Assembly (NCBI GenBank): GCA_018262795.1
Contig: JADFDM010000011.1
Span: 44,143 to 108,142, forward strand
From: Sphingobacteriales bacterium
Lineage (GTDB): Bacteria; Bacteroidota; Bacteroidia; Chitinophagales; LD1
Length of the DNA: 64,000 nt
Direction of reading: 5' to 3'
Below, piece by piece: positions 21,088-30,286 of the stretch. The notes under the pieces were generated by a model, which was not told where the DNA came from, did no database searches, and worked only from the letters and a program-made list of their open reading frames with translations. Made by a program: the position numbers and the translations under genes. The stretch's first letter is position 1. Each line of letters starts with the position of its first letter.

Positions 21088-21846
21088 TTAAAGAATAAAT
21101 GGAATCACAGCCTTTCGCTCTTTCGGATAATCGGGAAACTGTGTGCGATACCATTTATGGTGATCTAAAGTGCGGGGAATTAAATTCACAACCGACCAGA
21201 TAACAAAACTCCATCCCGGAAGTGCCCCAAATAAAATGGCATATCCCGTCCACTCTATTAACTCGCCAAAGTGATTGGGGCACGAGATAAATCGAAACAA
21301 AAACCCCTGTGGAATTTTGTAGCCTATTTCGCCCGGCTTTCGCAAAGCTATCAGCATGTTGTCGCTCTTTACATTGACAAAAACTCCGGCAGCAAATAGC
21401 AGCACTCCTATAAAGAACAGCGGAGATGTAAAAAAGCTATCCGGATAATTGCCCCCGATATTGCCGAGGTAATAACCCAATATAAAGGTGTTGCAGAAGT
21501 TGAAAAAGACCGCTGAACCGCAAATAAATAGGGGGATTTTTTTGCCCCGTGTGTGTGTGCGAAAAGGAAAAATGTAAGAGCGATAGATATAGTGCGCCAT
21601 ATACAAACCATACAGAAAATAACTCGCATAGGTTTTTTCTAAGCTCCCTGTCCAAAACCAAAAACTGATAAAGAGAGGAGCTACGCCTTCCTGTATCATC
21701 CAGCCTATTTGGTTCGAAACCAAAGGACCCCAGCCTTCGGTGAGGTGCCGACCATAAGGAGCTGTTTTTTTAAGTAATAAAGGAAATGTAGTTAGACCGA
21801 TGGCAATCCAGAAATAGAGGAGGTAGTAATATATCTGAGGAGTCAT
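21088..21846 (-). CDS. Steroid 5-alpha-reductase family (DUF1295-like) membrane protein
   Basis: APYGRH, HYIYRS, YKIPQGFLFRFISCPNHFGELIEW, HHKWY...FPDYPKERKAVIPF. Confidence 0.88.
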   Translation of the reverse strand: MTPQIYYYLLYFWIAIGLTTFPLLLKKTAPYGRHLTEGWGPLVSNQIGWMIQEGVAPLFISFWFWTGSLEKTYASYFLYGLYMAHYIYRSYIFPFRTHTRGKKIPLFICGSAVFFNFCNTFILGYYLGNIGGNYPDSFFTSPLFFIGVLLFAAGVFVNVKSDNMLIALRKPGEIGYKIPQGFLFRFISCPNHFGELIEWTGYAILFGALPGWSFVIWSVVNLIPRTLDHHKWYRTQFPDYPKERKAVIPFIL

Positions 21847-21965
21847 GAGGGGGTATATCTTTATGATACCGGTAGAGAAAATATTTTGATTACTAGGTAT
21901 CCAATTGATTAATGGTATTGTTTGTTCACTATCATTTAGTGCAAACTTAAAAGTTGCAGATCATC

Positions 21966-22021
21966 TCTTGTTTCTTTTCTCATGTATCTTACTTCTTGTG
22001 TCTTGCCTTTTGTTTCTATTT
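21966..22021. repeat. Imperfect heptamer tandem repeat (8 units, consensus TCTTGTT)
   Basis: tcttgtt tcttttc tcatgta tcttact tcttgtg tcttgcc ttttgtt tctattt. Confidence 0.6.
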
Positions 22022-22761
22022 TATATCGTCAGCCCACCATCTACATTGATCACCGTTCCCGAAATAAAATCAGCTTCACGACCCGCCAGAAAAGCATAAG
22101 CATTGGCCACATCTTCGGGAGTTCCTAATCGCTTCAGCGGAACCTTGTCTTTCATCATTTCAATTACCTTTTCGGGAATTGTCTTAATCATATCTGTAGC
22201 TATAAAACCGGGGGCTACCGCATTTACGGTGATATGATGTTTGCCCAATTCGCGCGATAGCGTTTTGGTGAGCGCAATCACTCCGCCTTTAGCAGCAGCA
22301 TAGTTGGCCTGCCCATAATTGCCGGAGATGCCTACAATAGAGGAGGTATTGATAATGCGACCATAGTGTTGCTGAATCATGTGCGGAGAAACGGCTTTGC
22401 AACAATTAAATACCCCGGTCAGGTTCACATTAATTACTTGCTGCCATTGGTCTTCCGTCATTTTTTGCAACGAAGCATCGCGGGTAATTCCTGCGTTATT
22501 TATCAGTACATCAATTTTATTGAATTGTTGGATAACTATTTCGGTGGCGCGCATCACCTCTTCCATCTTGGCAGTGTTCACTTTCACAAAGCGGGCAACA
22601 AAGCCCTCCTTCTGCATTAGCATTTCTAACTCCTTTCCCGGCACTTCACTCACATCCCATATTGCTACGGCTGCTCCTTCACGAGCAAATTTTTCTACAG
22701 CCGCTCTGCCAATTCCCGAAGCGCCACCGGTAATCACTACTACTTTATTTTCGAAACGCAT
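22021..22761 (-). CDS. fabG: 3-oxoacyl-ACP reductase / acetoacetyl-CoA reductase-like SDR
   Basis: TGGASGIG, NNAGITRD, YAAAK, PGFIATDM; could be a phaB-like paralog. Confidence 0.75.
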   Translation of the reverse strand: MRFENKVVVITGGASGIGRAAVEKFAREGAAVAIWDVSEVPGKELEMLMQKEGFVARFVKVNTAKMEEVMRATEIVIQQFNKIDVLINNAGITRDASLQKMTEDQWQQVINVNLTGVFNCCKAVSPHMIQQHYGRIINTSSIVGISGNYGQANYAAAKGGVIALTKTLSRELGKHHITVNAVAPGFIATDMIKTIPEKVIEMMKDKVPLKRLGTPEDVANAYAFLAGREADFISGTVINVDGGLTI

Positions 22762-22905
22762 AGTTTTTATTTTGCGAAAAATACTGATGAATAACTAAAT
22801 CTCTTGTTTGAAGGGAAGCACAATAGGGCGATGAGTTGGAGTGACAAAAGCATAACGAGATGTTTGAAAATCAAGCAGCTCTTCATGTAAATAAGACAGA
22901 GTAGA

Positions 22906-23616
22906 TTACTTCATGTTGTGAAACACCTGCTGCACATCTTCATCTTCTTCTAACCGCTCAATCAGTTTAATCACCTCCTCCGCCTCTTCATCGCTCAATC
23001 CTTCTTTATAGAAATCAGGTATTTTCTCGTACCCGGATTCAGTCACTTCAATGCCTTTTGCTTCGAGCGCTTTTGACAAGTTTCCGAAATCATTAAACTC
23101 CGCATAAGCAGTTACTAATCCTTCTTCTTCCTGTAAGTCAGAAAGGCCACCGTCTATTAATTCTAATTCCAGTTCTTCCAAATTCATATCTCCCAAATTG
23201 AATTTGAAAGTGGCGAGTTTCTTAAACATATATTCCACTGAGCCGCTGGTACCCATTGCGCCATTGCATTTATTGAAATGATTGCGGATGTTGGCAACCG
23301 TTCGAGTAGGGTTGTCAGTAGCGGTATCTACCACCACCGCTACACCATGCGCTCCGTAGCCTTCATAAGTTACCTCTTCGTAATCGGCTGTATCTTTTGA
23401 GGTAGCTCTTTTAATGGCAGCTTCCACACGATCTTTGGGCATGTTGGCCGCTTTAGCATTTTGTATGCAAGCGCGCAAGCGGGCATTTGTGTCAGGGTCG
23501 CCACCTCCGGCCTTTACAGCAATGGCAATATCTTTTCCAATACGGGTAAAAGCCTTTGCCATAGCTCCCCATCTTTTCATCTTTCTTTCTTTTCGATATT
23601 CAAACGCGCGACCCAT
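22906..23616 (-). CDS. yebC: YebC/PmpR family protein
   Basis: MGRAFEYRK start (23616), YEGYG, TDNPTRT, DVQQVFHN. Confidence 0.93.
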   Translation of the reverse strand: MGRAFEYRKERKMKRWGAMAKAFTRIGKDIAIAVKAGGGDPDTNARLRACIQNAKAANMPKDRVEAAIKRATSKDTADYEEVTYEGYGAHGVAVVVDTATDNPTRTVANIRNHFNKCNGAMGTSGSVEYMFKKLATFKFNLGDMNLEELELELIDGGLSDLQEEEGLVTAYAEFNDFGNLSKALEAKGIEVTESGYEKIPDFYKEGLSDEEAEEVIKLIERLEEDEDVQQVFHNMK

Positions 23617-23689
23617 GAGTTCAGGTTTTAGAGTAATTATAAATACGGTGTTGGTAGCGAAAATAAAATTTGCTTGGTAAATTCGGTGG

Positions 23690-24211
23690 ATGGTAAAGTT
23701 CAAAACAACGATCCAAAAATTTGGCAGTAAGGGGGAGAAAACTGGTTGGACCTATATTCCGATAGAAGAAAAATTAGCACAACAGTTAAGTCCCGGCAAT
23801 AAAAAATCATTTCGGGTAAAGGGGAAGTTGGACAATCACCTCATTTCACAAGCAGCTCTGATACCGATGGGCGATGGTGACTTTATTCTCCCGCTGAACG
23901 CGCAAATGCGCAAAGCTATCGCAAAGCAGAAAGGAGAGGAGTTGATGATTTACTTAGAAGCAGATGAAACCCCTTTTCAGTTTTCAAAAGATATGATGGC
24001 TTGTTTAGAAGATGTGCCGAAAGCATTGGCCGGGTTTAATAAACTATCCGGCTCGGAACAGAAGTATTTCAGCAATTGGATTGAAAGTGCCAAAACTGCG
24101 CCTACTAAAGTGAAGCGGATAGCACAAATGGTAGCCGCTATGCTGAAAGGCTATCGCTATGGAGAAATGATTCGCGCGTTGAAAGGCAAGGACAACCTCC
24201 CGTTGCGTTAA
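23690..24211 (+). CDS. DUF1905 + YdeI/OmpD-associated family protein
   Basis: KGEKTGWTY, ALIPMGDG, WIESAKT.PTK.KRI. Confidence 0.85.
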   Translation: MVKFKTTIQKFGSKGEKTGWTYIPIEEKLAQQLSPGNKKSFRVKGKLDNHLISQAALIPMGDGDFILPLNAQMRKAIAKQKGEELMIYLEADETPFQFSKDMMACLEDVPKALAGFNKLSGSEQKYFSNWIESAKTAPTKVKRIAQMVAAMLKGYRYGEMIRALKGKDNLPLR

Positions 24212-24290
24212 TAAAAGGTGCAGAAAGCGTCAGCTGAAAAGTTACACCTAAGTAGAATAGCATTAGTGATGATGCAATATTACTTCTCAC

Positions 24291-24653
24291 TCATTCTTTT
24301 TTGAGTAATACTTTTTGCAACACCACGGCTTGATTTAGCAATTCGTCTTTAGCGCCATACAACAGTGTAATGTGCTTTTCTTGTGCCATGTGCCTGATTC
24401 GTTTTAGTTCGGCTGACTGTTGCTTCAATTCCTTTTCGTAGCGCTGTTCAAACTCATTAAAACGCTCCGGTTGGTGGCCATACCATTTTCTAAGAGCAGC
24501 CGAAGGGGCTATATCTTTGTCCCATTCATCTATGTGCAACTCTTCTTTTTTGATACCTCTCGGCCATAGCCTATCCACGAGTATTCGATACCCATCGTTG
24601 GCAGAGGGAGCCTCATAAGCTCTTTTAATGGTGATGTTCAGCTTGGTTTTCAT
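24291..24653 (-). CDS. DUF488 (YeaO-like) protein
   Basis: IKRAYE...DGYRILVDRLWPRG, APS..LRKWYGH, TLLYGAKD. Confidence 0.9.
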   Translation of the reverse strand: MKTKLNITIKRAYEAPSANDGYRILVDRLWPRGIKKEELHIDEWDKDIAPSAALRKWYGHQPERFNEFEQRYEKELKQQSAELKRIRHMAQEKHITLLYGAKDELLNQAVVLQKVLLKKE

Positions 24654-25371
24654 GGAACTCCTTTTCTAATTTGATTGCCTTTGGAAATAAAATGTTATTC
24701 TCTAAATGAATATGGAGGTGCAAATCCTGTTCAAATTCGTTGAGCAAGGCAAATGTGACCTTATAGGTATTACAGCCATCTTCTGGAGGAGTATAGTGAT
24801 GACTTAACTCATCAATCCGTCTAAACCTCTCCCCTTCGATTTCGTGATCCTGCGTCATCATGTTGATCCGATTTTCTACGGTTCCGGTGGGAGGAGTGGT
24901 AAAGGATCCCCCCTCATTTTTCACTTTTACCATTTTACGGATAACCGGAAACAACATCAGCTCTTCTTTTTTCATGTGCGCGGCCAATTCTTGAGCGCAT
25001 GCTTTAAATAGGTTTTCAATTTCAGCTAACTCAGGATGCCACCCTCCGTGAACCTGCACAATCTTTTCAAGGTAAGGGGTAATTTCCTTCGTCTTCATTT
25101 CCACATATCGGTGGTGTTTCTTTTCGATATAATCAGCCAGTAAATCTAAGGGCCACGATTGAAAATCGGTGGCTTTTGCTTCATTCGATGTAAGAATGCT
25201 CTCTAACTCGTTCACAACCGATTCGGGGTTTACCTTTTTCATTTCACAAGCCTCCTTGATACTCCGATCTCCTTGACAACAGAAATCTATATTGTATTTT
25301 TTAAACACTGATGCCGTGCGATAGTCCCTTGCTACCAATTCTCCAATGATTTGATTTTCTTGAACGCTCAT
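24625..25371 (-). CDS. ric: Iron-sulfur cluster repair di-iron protein
   Basis: IDFCCQG, HHRY, HMKKEE, HLHIHLENNILFP. Confidence 0.93.
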   Translation of the reverse strand: MSVQENQIIGELVARDYRTASVFKKYNIDFCCQGDRSIKEACEMKKVNPESVVNELESILTSNEAKATDFQSWPLDLLADYIEKKHHRYVEMKTKEITPYLEKIVQVHGGWHPELAEIENLFKACAQELAAHMKKEELMLFPVIRKMVKVKNEGGSFTTPPTGTVENRINMMTQDHEIEGERFRRIDELSHHYTPPEDGCNTYKVTFALLNEFEQDLHLHIHLENNILFPKAIKLEKEFHENQAEHHH

Positions 25372-25464
25372 AGTCAATTAGTTTTAGTTCATAGAGAAAT
25401 GCCCCCTTTTGATTGGTTTACTATTTTAAAACACATCCGAGCAGTGGTGTTCTATAGGCAATAA

Positions 25465-25860
25465 TCATAACAAGGGAGAGGAAGAATTGTTTCGGGAATG
25501 CTGAATCTTGGAGTGAAACATCTCTGCCATTCGCCCGCCTTGCCATTTAGCGCGTTCTGCATTTTTGCCGATGTAAAGTTCATCTACGGTTTCATAGAAC
25601 AGTTTCAGCCATTGGTTAAAATGCTCCACTTCTATCGGCAATTTTGCATGGGGCAAAAACGGGCTGCCAAAATAGGTCTGCTCTTCCAATAAAACAGTTT
25701 GCCAGAAGCGATACATTTTTTCAAGATGTTGCGGCCAGCGATCTTGAATCACCCGATTAAAAATGTCTTTCAATATCGGGTCGCGCTGCACCTTTCCGTA
25801 AAAACTGTCCACCAATACTCGGATATCGTCCAAGCGCTCAATGTCTTTATGTGAATTCAT
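25465..25860 (-). CDS. Group III truncated hemoglobin
   Basis: LVDSFYGKV..D..L..IF, WPQHLEKMYRFW, Y.GSP..PH, HF..WL.LF. Confidence 0.9.
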   Translation of the reverse strand: MNSHKDIERLDDIRVLVDSFYGKVQRDPILKDIFNRVIQDRWPQHLEKMYRFWQTVLLEEQTYFGSPFLPHAKLPIEVEHFNQWLKLFYETVDELYIGKNAERAKWQGGRMAEMFHSKIQHSRNNSSSPLL

Positions 25861-25948
25861 AAGAGTGGCAAAAATGAGAAACTATTGGGAAGTGAGTATG
25901 TGATTCTTCCTTTGAGTTGGATTATTCGCAAACACTGTATGGCCAAAG

Positions 25949-25978
25949 AAAAAGCGGTTAGCTTCCTGCTAACCGCTT
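25949..25978 (-). terminator. Intrinsic terminator
   Basis: aagcggttagc-ttcct-gctaaccgctt with U-tail on the minus strand. Confidence 0.75.
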
Positions 25979-26003
25979 CAAAATAAATCTCCGCTATAAA
26001 CTG

Positions 26004-28229
26004 TTATTTCATCACCGTCACCTTTTTCTTATACGTTGAAATGCCCTCGCGACTTTGTGCGATAACTTCCACTACATAAAGGCCATTGCTGATGTGACCC
26101 AACGGAATATTCAAATTTTGAAAACCGGATAATAGTTGAATCGGCTCATTCTGCCACACTTTCCTGCCGTTCAAATCTTGTACGTTTACTCGAATTTTTG
26201 CCGCTTGCTTCAGAGAGAACTCAAGATTAAAATTCCCCGTGTTTGGATTTGGATAAAGACGGAGTGCCAGAATATCATTCTCCCGATTGATCATGCCGGT
26301 GGAAAGAGTGTCGTAAGGCACATATACCGAGCCGTAGGCATTCACCGGCTTACACGTGAAGGTCAGCGCATCAATATTCATGGCGGCTCCCACCGGTGGC
26401 ATTACTTCAAAGTAAGAACCATTCAAAAAAGAACCGTACAAAGCAGCCGGATCCAGTCCTCCGGTATAATCTTTAGCCGCGAAAGGATCCATTGCTGAAA
26501 CACTGAATACTAAGCCCAGACCGTACCGTTGCTGCGATGAATCGTACAGCCACGCAAATTCAAATGCATCTATATCGGCATCATCACTTAATCCAAGGTG
26601 TATCAAGGGCACGATTACCGGGACAAGAGAATCGGGTTGAATGTATTGGTAAATAAAACCTCCCCGCAATGTATCGCCATGATGGAGGTAATGCGCTTCA
26701 TGATCTACCGAAAAATACTGATAGCCGCAAGAAGCATTAGCGGATAGCATATCCAAGGCATCCACATCATCATTTGAATCAGGCGGAAAATAACTCAATG
26801 GGTCAGGAGCCAATAAAGGGCTAACTGCTTCTTCGTCTAAATAGGGAGAAGCACTTCCGAGATAAAAAGAGGTGCCGGGATAATTAGAAAGCGTAGCAGC
26901 CATCACCTCATCTCGTCCAAACGGAGTGCCTCGTAGATACACGGAGTCGGAGGGGGCGAAGGAAGAAGGAACGTTACAGTTCGCAGCACTGCTTAAATCA
27001 ATGCCGCGATCCTCATCGGCTGAGAACAACATGTATTGCGGAGAGAAAATACAATCGGAATGGTAGGCCGCTATGGAGGGCTTCCCTAAACCGTAATTCG
27101 CCAGGTTGGAATAGAGGTCATAATCAATGCGGTCGGCTCCATCTAAATCGAAATTCAGTACCTGTTGCCAAGCCTGCATCGGTCCGGGGAAACAAGTGCC
27201 AGCCGGATTTCCGGGAGAAGGGTTCGGATCCATATTAAAAAGCAAGGAATCATCGAAATACGGAGCAGGGGATGTTCCACCTTTGACGTATAAATCTCCG
27301 GGATCCAAGTTTTCATCCCCTTCGGGCATCGGGTCACTGAATTCTTTATCGGAACCGATATCTACAGAATATAACAGGAGGTCGGCATCGCAGGAATCGT
27401 AAAGCGAAACCACACTGCCCGAAGTGCTGACCTCAATCACCACAAAGCCATAAAAATCGGCTGAGGCATCATCTTCTTTCGGGTCGTTCGGAAATTTAGC
27501 GGGAGGTTCAATGTGCGCTAGCGTTTTAGCCGCCACTTTTATCTCCAGCGAATCACCTGCTACCATATTCACGGTCTGTACAGAATCACCCGTGCGCTTT
27601 TGCGCAAATTTTGCACTTCCGCTAAGATTCATACTATTCCCAAATCCGGCTTGGTTAAACAAGTTAACGCTGGCATTCTGAATTTCCGCATAATCCTCAT
27701 TTCCCGCTTCGGGTTCATTGGCAATGGAAGAATAATGCTTCCAATAGTAAGACACTTGCACCGGAGTTCCATCGGGTACACCGGTAATTCGCAACAGTAT
27801 AGTGGAGTTAACTAACGAAGTATCGGTTGCAAACCAAGTTGGGCAATCAGGGTCGTAGCAGTCGTACTGTGTATTGCTGTGGCACCACCACTGCACCTTT
27901 ACGGTGGCACTTCCGTTACCATCCACCAACATATTGCCCGTGCCCTGCGATGAAATTTTACAGTTGGGCAAGCCTCTCGAAATAAAAGTATAGGCTCCTC
28001 CCCATAACCAACTTTGTGCAGGTATGCTGTGGAGTTGTGTACCATTGTCTAATACATTTTCGGGCGGAAGGCAGTTCCCGACCGGGCTTCTTACAATAGA
28101 ATTAGAATAACTACCCACATTGCTGTTTAACAAATCGGCATCCAGCCGAACTTGAGCAGTGGTATAATTGGAGATAGTGAACAATACAATAAAAACAATT
28201 ACTGCTGCTCGATAATACGGCTGTAACAT
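26004..28229 (-). CDS. T9SS type A sorting domain protein, unknown function
   Basis: Signal peptide; C-terminal LYPNPN...GLYVVEV...KKVTVMK. Confidence 0.85.
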   Translation of the reverse strand: MLQPYYRAAVIVFIVLFTISNYTTAQVRLDADLLNSNVGSYSNSIVRSPVGNCLPPENVLDNGTQLHSIPAQSWLWGGAYTFISRGLPNCKISSQGTGNMLVDGNGSATVKVQWWCHSNTQYDCYDPDCPTWFATDTSLVNSTILLRITGVPDGTPVQVSYYWKHYSSIANEPEAGNEDYAEIQNASVNLFNQAGFGNSMNLSGSAKFAQKRTGDSVQTVNMVAGDSLEIKVAAKTLAHIEPPAKFPNDPKEDDASADFYGFVVIEVSTSGSVVSLYDSCDADLLLYSVDIGSDKEFSDPMPEGDENLDPGDLYVKGGTSPAPYFDDSLLFNMDPNPSPGNPAGTCFPGPMQAWQQVLNFDLDGADRIDYDLYSNLANYGLGKPSIAAYHSDCIFSPQYMLFSADEDRGIDLSSAANCNVPSSFAPSDSVYLRGTPFGRDEVMAATLSNYPGTSFYLGSASPYLDEEAVSPLLAPDPLSYFPPDSNDDVDALDMLSANASCGYQYFSVDHEAHYLHHGDTLRGGFIYQYIQPDSLVPVIVPLIHLGLSDDADIDAFEFAWLYDSSQQRYGLGLVFSVSAMDPFAAKDYTGGLDPAALYGSFLNGSYFEVMPPVGAAMNIDALTFTCKPVNAYGSVYVPYDTLSTGMINRENDILALRLYPNPNTGNFNLEFSLKQAAKIRVNVQDLNGRKVWQNEPIQLLSGFQNLNIPLGHISNGLYVVEVIAQSREGISTYKKKVTVMK

Positions 28230-28426
28230 GGTTTTTGGTTTTAGTGTGCCTCCAAACTACTTATAAAGAGTAAGTCTGACGAATGTTATTTAAAATAATA
28301 TATACTGCCATCAGAATAAGTTAATTGACCAGCTATCAGATAGCAAAAACATGAGGAATATCAGAGAAAGCGAACTTAATAATCAGCCAATTCTAAAAAT
28401 AGCATAGCATCTTTGCCCTTGATAAT

Positions 28427-29158
28427 ATGCGCTTATTTCTTCCCTTGATTCTCTTTCTTGTTTGCGGCCTCCCTACAATAGCTGGGCAACCCTATGGTTT
28501 TGCGACCGAAACAGTAACCCCATCGCAGAAAGATACCGGCCACCTTCAACGGTTTGCCAAATTTCGCATTCATCACAAGCCTTATGTGGACAGTGCTACT
28601 AAAAGCATTGTATTGCGAAACGAACACTCCTCCTTTGCCCGCAAGATGTTGCGAGGCAGTGGCATGGTGTTTGGCTATGATGCTTTAGCACTGACCATTT
28701 TGTATGCTTCGCCTTCCTCTTTCAGCCACTGGTACAATATCAATTCAGCGAACTATCGAGCAAACATGAAAATTGCTTTCACCAAACCTCCGGTAGTAGA
28801 TCACGACCCTTGGTACGTGAATTACGTTGGCCATCCTTATCAAGGATCCTGCACCTACAATGCCGTGCGCTCGCAACACGCTACGTTTTGGCAAGCAGGT
28901 TTGTTTGCGATTGGGCATTCACTTATTTGGGAATACCTTCTTGAATCGGGCAACGAAAGACCCAGCGTGCAGGACTTGATCGTCACTCCATTTGTAGGTA
29001 GCCTTTTGGGCGAGTTGATTCACCAGGCAACCATTCGTATGGCGCGGAATGGCTACACGTGGTACGAAGGAATTTTTGTGTCGGTGTTCAACCCCATGTT
29101 TGCAATAAACAACGGTTTCCGATTTGCGGGCAAGCCCGTTCGCAGAAAAGCACTTTAA
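28427..29158 (+). CDS. DUF3943-like protein
   Basis: DHDPWYVNYVGHPYQG, WEYLLE..NERPSVQDLIVTP..GSLLGE. Confidence 0.8.
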   Translation: MRLFLPLILFLVCGLPTIAGQPYGFATETVTPSQKDTGHLQRFAKFRIHHKPYVDSATKSIVLRNEHSSFARKMLRGSGMVFGYDALALTILYASPSSFSHWYNINSANYRANMKIAFTKPPVVDHDPWYVNYVGHPYQGSCTYNAVRSQHATFWQAGLFAIGHSLIWEYLLESGNERPSVQDLIVTPFVGSLLGELIHQATIRMARNGYTWYEGIFVSVFNPMFAINNGFRFAGKPVRRKAL

Positions 29159-29243
29159 TTTTTTGTAAAGAATAATGTCAGAAGCCGGAAACAGGCGGAG
29201 AATCACCGGCAATGGTCTATTATTGCAGCCCAAATTAATACCC

Positions 29244-30275
29244 ATGAGTTCGTTTAACAAAGAGCAGTTGCTGGAGGATATGAAAAACTGGCATAGTATG
29301 CTGAGAAAATATCAAATGCCAAACACTCGGAAGGCGGTGTTGCAATTAGCTAATAGCTTTACTTTTTACTTAGCCTTGTTGGCTTTGCAGTTTTATTTGT
29401 ACGATAAATCTATCCTGCTTTCAGCGGCAGTGGCCATTTTGAACGGCTTTATTCTCGGGCGTATTTTTATTATCCAGCACGACTGTGGGCATCGCTCCTT
29501 TACCAAATATCAAACGCTGAATGATGTCATTGGCACTGTTTGTAGTATTTGCACCTTAATTCCCTACGAGTACTGGGCAAAGAATCACAACTTTCATCAT
29601 GCACACAACGGCCAGTTAGAGTTTAGTGACATTGGAGATGTGGAATGCCTTTCCACCGAGCAATACGCACAACTTTCGTGGAAGAAAAAATTGCTGTATC
29701 GCATCTATCGCAATCCATTTTATCTATTCACTATTGGCGGGTTTATTTACGTGGTGGTGTATAATCGTTTTGCCTTTCTGAAATCAGAACCATTTAAAAA
29801 AGTGCGCAAGAATGTGACCCTCAGCAATGGACTGTTCTTTTTGGTATATGCCGGATTGGCTTATTTGCTGGGGCCGGGTCGTTTTCTGATTGTGCAATTT
29901 ATTAACCTGCTTTTCTTTGGCACGTATGCGCTTTGGTTTTTTTATATACAACATCAGTATGAGCACATTTATAAAAGCAGCAAGGAGAACTGGAACTATG
30001 TAATTGCCGCTATGAAAGGTAGCACCTATTACAAACTTCCCCGACTGTTTCATTGGCTCACCGGCAATATTGGATATCATCATATTCATCACCTTAGTCC
30101 GGCCATTCCTAACTACAACTTGCCGAGGTGCCATCGCGAAAACCCTGTGTTTGAAAAGCATGCAAACAGCATCAACTTTTGGCAAAGTTTGAAAACCGTA
30201 AAGGCTAACTTGTGGGATGAGCAGCGCCAGAAAATGGTGTCGTTCAGTGAATACAAACGATGGAGGAAATCGTAA
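29244..30275 (+). CDS. Fatty acid desaturase
   Basis: His boxes HDCGH, HNFHH, HHIHH; start placed at MSSFNKE. Confidence 0.92.
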   Translation: MSSFNKEQLLEDMKNWHSMLRKYQMPNTRKAVLQLANSFTFYLALLALQFYLYDKSILLSAAVAILNGFILGRIFIIQHDCGHRSFTKYQTLNDVIGTVCSICTLIPYEYWAKNHNFHHAHNGQLEFSDIGDVECLSTEQYAQLSWKKKLLYRIYRNPFYLFTIGGFIYVVVYNRFAFLKSEPFKKVRKNVTLSNGLFFLVYAGLAYLLGPGRFLIVQFINLLFFGTYALWFFYIQHQYEHIYKSSKENWNYVIAAMKGSTYYKLPRLFHWLTGNIGYHHIHHLSPAIPNYNLPRCHRENPVFEKHANSINFWQSLKTVKANLWDEQRQKMVSFSEYKRWRKS

Positions 30276-30286
30276 TTTGCCGCTGC

